Below, one piece after another: positions 58,047 to 64,000 of a stretch of DNA of 64,000 nt. This DNA is from an uncultured Olsenella sp. (GTDB taxonomy: Bacteria; Actinomycetota; Coriobacteriia; Coriobacteriales; Atopobiaceae): contig UQIF01000001.1 of NCBI GenBank assembly GCA_900540955.1, positions 105,439-169,438 on the forward strand, read 5' to 3'. Positions within the stretch are counted from its first letter, which is position 1, and every line of letters begins with the position of its first letter. Under the pieces are notes generated by a model that worked only from the letters and a program-made list of their open reading frames with translations, made no database searches and was not told where the DNA came from. The translations under genes and the position numbers were made by a program.

Positions 58047-59963
58047 CTACTCGAGCTCGAATGCTCCCGTGTAGAGCTGGTAGTAGTAGCCCTTCTTTGC
58101 GATGAGCTCGTCGTGGCTTCCGCGCTCGATCACGCGGCCGTGGTCGAGGCAGATGATCACGTCGGAGTTGCGGACGGTCGACAGGCGGTGCGCGATGACG
58201 AAGGTCGTGCGCCCGGTCATGAGGGCGTCCATGCCGCGCTGGACGATGGCCTCGGTGCGCGTGTCGATGGAGCTCGTGGCCTCGTCGAGGATCATCGCGG
58301 GCGGGTCGGCGACGGCCGCGCGGGCGATGGAGATGAGCTGGCGCTGGCCCTGCGAGAGCTGGGCGCCGTTGCCCGTGAGCATCGTCTCGTAACCGTCGGG
58401 CAGGCGGCGGATGAAGTCGTCGGCGCCCGCGAGCTTGGCCGCGGCGATGCACTCGTCGTCGGTGGCGTCGAGCTTGCCGTAGCGGATGTTGTCCATGACG
58501 GTCCCCGTGAACAGGTTCACGTCCTGCAGGACCACGCCGAGCGAGCGGCGCAGGTCGGCCTTCTTGATCTTGTTGACGTTGATGCCGTCGTAGCGGATCT
58601 TGCCGTCGGCGATGTCGTAGAAGCGGTTGATCAGGTTCGTGATGGTCGTCTTGCCCGCTCCGGTCGCGCCGACGAAGGCGACCTTCTGACCCGGCTTCGC
58701 GTACACCGACACGCCCTTGAGGACCTGGTGGTCGGGGGTGTAGCCGAAGTCGACGTCGACCATGCGGACATCGCCGGCGAGCGGGGTGAAGGTCACACTG
58801 CCGTCCTTGTGGGGGTGCTTCCAGGCCCAGTCGGTGGTGCGCTCGTCGCACTCGACGAGCTTGCCCGTAGCGTTGTACTTGGTGTTCACGAGTGTGACGT
58901 AGCCCTCGTCGACTTCCGGCTCCTGGTCGATGAGCTCAAAGATGCGCTCGGCGCCGGCAAGGCCCATGACCACGGCGTTGATCTGCATGGAGATCTGGCC
59001 GATCTGGCCGCAGAACTGCTTGGTCATGTTGAGAAAGGGGACTACCACGGCGATGGTCAGCGGCATGCCCGAGACCGAGAGGTTCGGGACTCCGAGAGCA
59101 AGTAGGACGCCGCCCGCGAGGGCAACCAGCACGTAGAGGAGGTTGCCCAGGTTCATGATGATGGGCATGAGGATGTTGGCGTACATGTTGGCCTTCTGGG
59201 AGACCTCGAAGAGCCGCTCGTTGCGCTCGTCGAAGTCGGCCTCGGCGGCGCGCTCGTGGCAGAATGCCTTGACGACCTTCTGGCCGCCCATGACCTCCTC
59301 GATGTGGCCCTCGACGACACCGAGCTCCTTCTGCTGCGCGATGAAGTTGCGGGCAGAGCGTCCGCCGAGCAGCTTGGTCATGAGCATCATGCAGGCCACG
59401 CCCGCGATGATTACGAGGCACATCCACACCGAGTAGTAGAGCATGATGCAGAAGACCGAGACGATGACGATGACGGTCATGAGCAGGTTGGGCAGCGACT
59501 GGCTGATCATCTGGCGCAGCGTGTCGATGTCGTTGGTGTAGTGGCTCATGATGTCGCCGTGCTGGTGCGTGTCGAAGTAGCGGATCGGCAGGTCCTGCAT
59601 GCGGTTGAACATCTTCTCGCGGAGCTTCTCGAGCGAGCCCTGCGTGATGGTCGCCATGTTGCGGTTCCAGAAGAGCGACGAGGCGACGCCCACGGCGTCG
59701 ATGACGCCGAGCGTCACGGCGAGCCGCAGGATCTGCGGACGCGCCGCCGCCCAGTCGCCCGTCTGCCAAGAAGCGCTGATGACCTCAAGGGCGCCCTGAA
59801 GGAACACGGCTCCGATGGAGTTGATGATCGCGCACAAGACGATGCCCGCCACGACGGCGGGAAGAAGCACGGGGTAGAACGAGAAGAGCGTCTTGATGAG
59901 GCGCAGCGCGATTCCCTTGCGGGCGCCGCCCGCGCGCTTGGTCTGGGCTTCCTGTTTACTCAT
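58047..59963 (-). CDS. ABC exporter fused permease/ATPase (type I exporter, half-transporter B)
   Basis: Start MSKQEAQTKRAGG with RBS GGAGG. 6-TM MSD. Walker A GATGAGKTT, signature LSQGQRQL, Walker B ILDEATSSID. Confidence 0.85.
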   Translation of the reverse strand: MSKQEAQTKRAGGARKGIALRLIKTLFSFYPVLLPAVVAGIVLCAIINSIGAVFLQGALEVISASWQTGDWAAARPQILRLAVTLGVIDAVGVASSLFWNRNMATITQGSLEKLREKMFNRMQDLPIRYFDTHQHGDIMSHYTNDIDTLRQMISQSLPNLLMTVIVIVSVFCIMLYYSVWMCLVIIAGVACMMLMTKLLGGRSARNFIAQQKELGVVEGHIEEVMGGQKVVKAFCHERAAEADFDERNERLFEVSQKANMYANILMPIIMNLGNLLYVLVALAGGVLLALGVPNLSVSGMPLTIAVVVPFLNMTKQFCGQIGQISMQINAVVMGLAGAERIFELIDQEPEVDEGYVTLVNTKYNATGKLVECDERTTDWAWKHPHKDGSVTFTPLAGDVRMVDVDFGYTPDHQVLKGVSVYAKPGQKVAFVGATGAGKTTITNLINRFYDIADGKIRYDGINVNKIKKADLRRSLGVVLQDVNLFTGTVMDNIRYGKLDATDDECIAAAKLAGADDFIRRLPDGYETMLTGNGAQLSQGQRQLISIARAAVADPPAMILDEATSSIDTRTEAIVQRGMDALMTGRTTFVIAHRLSTVRNSDVIICLDHGRVIERGSHDELIAKKGYYYQLYTGAFELE

Positions 59964-61794
59964 CGGCCTCGCCTCCTTCCTTGGCCTGGGCATCCGAGGA
60001 ATCCTCGCTGCCCTCCTTGGTCATCTTGTTCTGGGAGTTGAACGTCTCTCGGTAGATCTCCGACGTCTTCAGCAGCTCCTCGTGGGTGCCGATCTGGGCG
60101 ATACGGCCGCCTTCCAGGATGATGATGCGGTCGGCGTCCTGGACGGAGCTGATTCGCTGGGCGATGATGAGCTTTGTCGTGTCGGGGAGGTAGCTCGCGA
60201 GCCCCTCGCGGATCTTTGCGTCGGTCTTTGTGTCGACGGCAGAGGTCGAGTCGTCGAGGATGAGGACCTTCGGTCGGCGCAGGAGCGCTCGCGCGATGCA
60301 CAGGCGCTGCTTCTGACCGCCGGAGACGTTGGAGCCACCCTGCTCGATCCAAGTGTCGTGGCCCTTGGGGAAGGTGTCCACGAACTCGTCGGCGCAGGCG
60401 AGGTGCGCGGCCTCGCGGACCTCCTCGTCGGTTGCGTCGGGATCTCCCCAGCGAAGGTTCTCTGCGATGGTGCCTGAGAACAGGACGTTCTTCTGAAGAA
60501 CCATGGCGACCTGCTTGCGCAGGGTGTCGAGGTCGTAGTCGCGCACATCGACGCCGCCGACGCGCACGCGTCCCTCGGTCGCGTCGTAGAGCCGGGCAAT
60601 GAGATTGACGAGCGTTGACTTCGCCGAGCCGGTGCCGCCCATGATGCCGATCGTCTCGCCGCTCTTTATGTGAAGGTCGATGCCCGAGAGCGCCTGACGC
60701 TCGGCGCGGGCCGAGTATTTGAAGCTCACGCCGTCGAAGTCGATCGAGCCGTCTGCAACCTCGCGTATGGGCTCGGCAGGGGCCTTGATGGTGGGGGTCG
60801 CCTCGAGCACCTCGTTGATGCGCCGCGCGGACTCGTCGGCCATCGTGACCATGACGAAGATCATGGAGAGCTGCATAAGGCTCATGAGAATCTGGAAGCC
60901 GTACGTGAAAATCGAGGACATCTGGCCGATGTCGAAAGCCTGTCCCTGCGTGGTGATGATGATTTTCGAGCCCAGGTAGATGATGACCACGAAGGCGCCG
61001 TTGACGCAGATGTTCATCATCGGGTTGTTGAAGGCGAGGAGCTTCTCGGCGCGGGTGAAGTCGGCGCAGACGTCCTGGGCGGCGCGCGCGAACTTGGACT
61101 TCTCGTAGTCCTCGCGCACGAAGCTCTTGACCACGCGCATGCCGCTCACGTTCTCCTCGACGGACTCGTTAAGGGCATCGTACTTGTGGAACACGCGGGA
61201 GAAAATCGGGCGCACGAGATGAATGATGTAGAAGAGGCCGAAACCGAGGATGGGGATGATGACGAGGTAGACCATGGCGACGCTTCCGCCCATGGCGAAC
61301 GCCATCACGAAGGCGAAGACAAGCACGAGCGGGGAGCGTACCGCGATTCGGATCATCATCATGAACGCCTGCTGGACGTTTGTGATGTCGGTCGTGAGGC
61401 GCGTGACCAGCGAGGAGCTGGAGAAGTCGTCGATGTTCGCGAAGCTGAACGTCTGGATCTTATAGAAGAGGTCGTGGCGAAGGTTCTTCGCGAAGCCGCA
61501 GCTCGCGTGGCTGCAGGTGATACCGGCGGCGGCGCCGAAGACCAGGGATACAATCGCGAGGAGCACAAGCAGGCCCGAGGTGGGGAGCAGCTCATCTACG
61601 GTGGCGCCGACCTTGATGGTGTCGATGAGGTTCGCTGTGACGAAGGGGATGGACATTTCGCAGGCGACCTCGCCGAGCACCAGCAGGGGGGTGGCGACGG
61701 TGTAGGGCTTGTAGTCCCGAATGCTCTTCATGAGCTGGCGCATGATCGCGCCGTAGCTGACCTTCTCGGCCTTGGCGCCTAGTTCTTCTTGCAC
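59956..61794 (-). CDS. ABC exporter fused permease/ATPase (half-transporter A; heterodimer partner)
   Basis: Walker A GGTGSAKST, signature VSGGQKQRL, Walker B ILDDSTSAVD. Overlaps the partner gene by ~8 nt. Confidence 0.85.
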   Translation of the reverse strand: MQEELGAKAEKVSYGAIMRQLMKSIRDYKPYTVATPLLVLGEVACEMSIPFVTANLIDTIKVGATVDELLPTSGLLVLLAIVSLVFGAAAGITCSHASCGFAKNLRHDLFYKIQTFSFANIDDFSSSSLVTRLTTDITNVQQAFMMMIRIAVRSPLVLVFAFVMAFAMGGSVAMVYLVIIPILGFGLFYIIHLVRPIFSRVFHKYDALNESVEENVSGMRVVKSFVREDYEKSKFARAAQDVCADFTRAEKLLAFNNPMMNICVNGAFVVIIYLGSKIIITTQGQAFDIGQMSSIFTYGFQILMSLMQLSMIFVMVTMADESARRINEVLEATPTIKAPAEPIREVADGSIDFDGVSFKYSARAERQALSGIDLHIKSGETIGIMGGTGSAKSTLVNLIARLYDATEGRVRVGGVDVRDYDLDTLRKQVAMVLQKNVLFSGTIAENLRWGDPDATDEEVREAAHLACADEFVDTFPKGHDTWIEQGGSNVSGGQKQRLCIARALLRRPKVLILDDSTSAVDTKTDAKIREGLASYLPDTTKLIIAQRISSVQDADRIIILEGGRIAQIGTHEELLKTSEIYRETFNSQNKMTKEGSEDSSDAQAKEGGEADE

Positions 61795-62264
61795 AGGGAT
61801 TCCTCCTTATTCTGCTTCTCTAGTTCTCTCCAGTGGTCAAAGATGACGTCGAGCCGGCTGAGGAGATCTGCCTTCTCCTCCTTGGTAAGAACGTCGAGCG
61901 AGTTCTTCTCGAATTCTTTCTCCTCGCGGACCATCCCGGCAGCCGCGTCCCTACCGGCATCGGTGAGGCTGACCTCTAGCTGGCGCTTGTCGGCCATCGA
62001 CCTGCCTCGTTCGACGAGGCCTTCGCGCTCGAGCTTGCCGAGCACCTCGGATAAGGAGGCCGAGCTCGTGTGAAGCTGCTCCAGCAACTCCCTCTGCGTC
62101 ATCTCCCCTTGGAGCAGGAGCGTCTTGAGAACGTGCTGCTTGCCGCCGAGGCCTCCGCGCATCACATACATGTAGTGACCGAGGTATCCGAGCAGATGAA
62201 GAATTTGTTGCTCGGTTGTCTCGTTCGCGCGGCATTTGGCGAGTTGTTTATCGGATATTCGCAT
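61779..62264 (-). CDS. MarR-family transcriptional regulator
   Basis: 161 aa with wHTH (LLLQGEMTQRELLEQLHTSSASLSEVLGKLEREGLVER). Overlaps the start of the ABC gene (operon). Confidence 0.8.
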   Translation of the reverse strand: MRISDKQLAKCRANETTEQQILHLLGYLGHYMYVMRGGLGGKQHVLKTLLLQGEMTQRELLEQLHTSSASLSEVLGKLEREGLVERGRSMADKRQLEVSLTDAGRDAAAGMVREEKEFEKNSLDVLTKEEKADLLSRLDVIFDHWRELEKQNKEESLCKKN

Positions 62265-62333
62265 CTTTGGACCTCCTCTCTAACACGACAGTAATTGTTT
62301 TGCTTGAATAGGCTACGACTGAGGTGCCGAGAC

Positions 62334-62371
62334 TGCAAGGTACCGAATTATAATTTACGAGGTACCTTGCA
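62334..62371. promoter_or_regulatory. perfect 11-bp inverted repeat TGCAAGGTACC-N16-GGTACCTTGCA (candidate MarR operator)
   Basis: Lies ~70 nt upstream of the marR start. The AT-rich 16-nt spacer gaattataatttacga has a -10-like TATAAT. Confidence 0.5.
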
Positions 62372-62659
62372 ATCTCCACATGATGAGGACCGGGTTCAGC
62401 TCACTGCGCCTATATCACCCCCCCATAGACCAGCCTTGGATTAGGCGTCTGAGCCCACATCGCCCTGCCTTACAGTTCTTACGAGCGTGTTTGGGCCCGC
62501 ATCACCCCCGACCGCAGTGCCCGTTGCGGCTGCAAGCGGGGGTATGCGGGATTGCCGTTGCCGTAAGGCGCCTAACAAACGAGCTATTACACTCGCTTCT
62601 TTGTAAGGTTGCAGGTAGCTGTGCATATATCAAGCATTCGTAACGGAAAAACGACTCAA

Positions 62660-62676
62660 TGTCAGCTGAATGTAAG
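62660..62676 (+). promoter_or_regulatory. candidate Pho-box-like direct repeat upstream of pstS
   Basis: TGTCAG-ctgaa-TGTAAG at 11-bp periodicity, ~130 nt upstream of the pstS ATG. Additional TGTAAGG/TGTAAAG copies at ~62603 and ~62716. Confidence 0.3.
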
Positions 62677-62804
62677 GCCCAATCAGACGCTCGTAAGCGA
62701 CGCGAGATGCCGAATTGTAAAGCGTGGCGGCCACCTAGGATGCTCCTTGACACGGCCGGGTTGCGCCCTGCGGGGCAGCCCGGCAATCCATTGGAAGGAG
62801 ATTC

Positions 62805-63752
62805 ATGTCCAAGCCCGATAGCCTCTCTCGTCGTCAGTTCATCGCCGGCTTCGGCGGCATCGCCGCTGTGGCCGGACTCGGCCTCGTTGGCTGCGGCGGC
62901 TCCTCCGCCCCCGACGCCGCCGCTGATGGCGCTGCTGCAGGCTCTGAGTCCGTCTCTGGCACCGTCAACTGCTCTGGCGCCACCTCGTTCCAGAAGCTCG
63001 TTGAGTCCGCTGCGGCCGAGTTTGAGGAGAAGTACCCTGACGTCACCGTCGCGATCACCGGCGGCGGCTCCGGCCAGGGCCTTTCCGACGTCAAGGACGG
63101 CAAGGCACAGATCGGCCGCTCCGACGTCTTCGCCGAGGAGAAGCTGGGCGCCGACGCGGCAGCCAAGCTTGAGGACCACACCGTCGCCGTAGTCGGCATG
63201 GGCCCGATCGTGAACTCCAACGTCGACGTGGACGACCTCACCACCGAGCAGCTTAAGGGCATCTTCACCGGTGCCATCACCGACTGGTCCGAGGTCGGCG
63301 GCACCGCCGGTAAAATCCAGGTCATCGAGCGAAAGGCCGGCTCCGGCACCCGCGCGACCTTCGAGGCGGCCGTCCTCGCGGGCGAGAAGGCCCCCGACTC
63401 CTTCGCCCCCGTCGCCGAGGAGGACTCCTCGGGCACCGTCGTCGAGAAGATCCAGGCCACCGAGGGCGCCATTTCCTACCTCGCCTTCTCCTACTTCGAC
63501 GACACCAAGTTCAAGGCCCTGAAGGTCGACGGCGTCGAGCCTACCGCCGAGAACGTCTGCTCAGGCAAGTTCAACATCTGGGCCTACGAGCACATGTACA
63601 CCGCCGCCGACGCCGATGCCGCCGCCAAGGCCTTCGTCGACTTCATGATGTCCGACGATGTCCAGGGCTCCCTTGTCGAGGAGGAGGGCTTCATCCCCGC
63701 CTCCGACATGAAGGTCGCCAAGGACGCCAAGGGCAACGTGACCACCAAGTAG
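62805..63752 (+). CDS. pstS: phosphate ABC transporter substrate-binding lipoprotein PstS
   Basis: Tat-like signal SRRQFIAGFGGIAAVAGLGLVGCGG with lipobox. Motifs GATSFQKL, ITGGGSGQG and RKAGSGTRATFE. Confidence 0.9.
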   Translation: MSKPDSLSRRQFIAGFGGIAAVAGLGLVGCGGSSAPDAAADGAAAGSESVSGTVNCSGATSFQKLVESAAAEFEEKYPDVTVAITGGGSGQGLSDVKDGKAQIGRSDVFAEEKLGADAAAKLEDHTVAVVGMGPIVNSNVDVDDLTTEQLKGIFTGAITDWSEVGGTAGKIQVIERKAGSGTRATFEAAVLAGEKAPDSFAPVAEEDSSGTVVEKIQATEGAISYLAFSYFDDTKFKALKVDGVEPTAENVCSGKFNIWAYEHMYTAADADAAAKAFVDFMMSDDVQGSLVEEEGFIPASDMKVAKDAKGNVTTK

Positions 63753-63838
63753 CCCTTCTCTTCCCGTGGGGTGCTTGCCGGGAGCTTACGTTTCCGGCAG
63801 CACCTCGTTTTGTGTTCCTCCTCGCGAAAGGTCGCTTA

Positions 63839-64000
63839 ATGGCTAAGCAGATGCTGCCGAAGCGCCGTCTCGAGAACGTGGGCCTGGGCCTCACGGGGGC
63901 GTGCGTCGCCCTCGTCGCCCTCATCGTCGTGACCTTGATCTTCATGGTCGCCGGGCAGGGTCTCTCTGCGTTCTTCGTTGACGGGATCGACTTCGGGGCG
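63839..64000 (+). CDS. pstC: phosphate ABC transporter permease PstC, N-terminal part (3' end outside window)
   Basis: MAKQMLPKRRLENVGLGLTGACVALVALIVVTLIFMVAGQGL..., the typical PstC N-terminus, immediately downstream of pstS. Confidence 0.7.
   Translation, partial: MAKQMLPKRRLENVGLGLTGACVALVALIVVTLIFMVAGQGLSAFFVDGIDFGA

Noticed and set aside
62380-62643. 87-aa ORF in the marR-pstS intergenic region.
   Set aside because: No RBS, and the translation looks like a GC-frame artefact. The region is better explained as regulatory or structured RNA.

Overview
High-GC (~65%) chromosomal segment, densely coding on both strands. Gene content suggests an anaerobic Gram-positive actinobacterium, possibly a Coriobacteriia/Eggerthellaceae-like gut organism; this is inference from content and GC only. 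It is mostly core housekeeping. Left to right: ptb-buk (butyrate kinase pathway). A LysR-controlled membrane protein plus multidomain OYE-type enoate reductase. mgtC and pfkA. A compact IS200/RAYT-like HuH transposase bracketed by perfect 33-bp inverted hairpin repeats (REPtron-like), sitting in the pfkA divergent promoter. paaK plus an ACT protein. A three-gene sensory module (polytopic membrane protein, NarL-type histidine kinase, LuxR response regulator) with two convergent paralogous lipoproteins. An SPFH/Zn-ribbon pair. tatA. A second LysR. A lysine/DAP cluster (M20 deacetylase-like divergent; lysA-dapA-dapB-dapH) with a candidate lysine riboswitch. Fe-ADH, M42 peptidase, DUF2974 lipase-like, holin-like and YerC genes. 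addB-addA, dnaE, a NadE-like gene with apparently degenerate catalytic motifs, and ruvCAB. A polysaccharide deacetylase and a DUF1015 / TPR-like / HAD operon. UbiB kinase and tex. A MarR plus heterodimeric ABC exporter operon. pstS-pstC. I found no CRISPR, no tRNA/rRNA and no obvious defence-system enzymes (no RT, cyclase or similar). The findings worth a second look are repeat and RNA-structure elements, the REPtron, the NadE-like pseudoenzyme candidate, and several uncharacterised conserved operons. Intergenic coordinates may be off by 1-2 nt; CDS coordinates follow the supplied ORF track.
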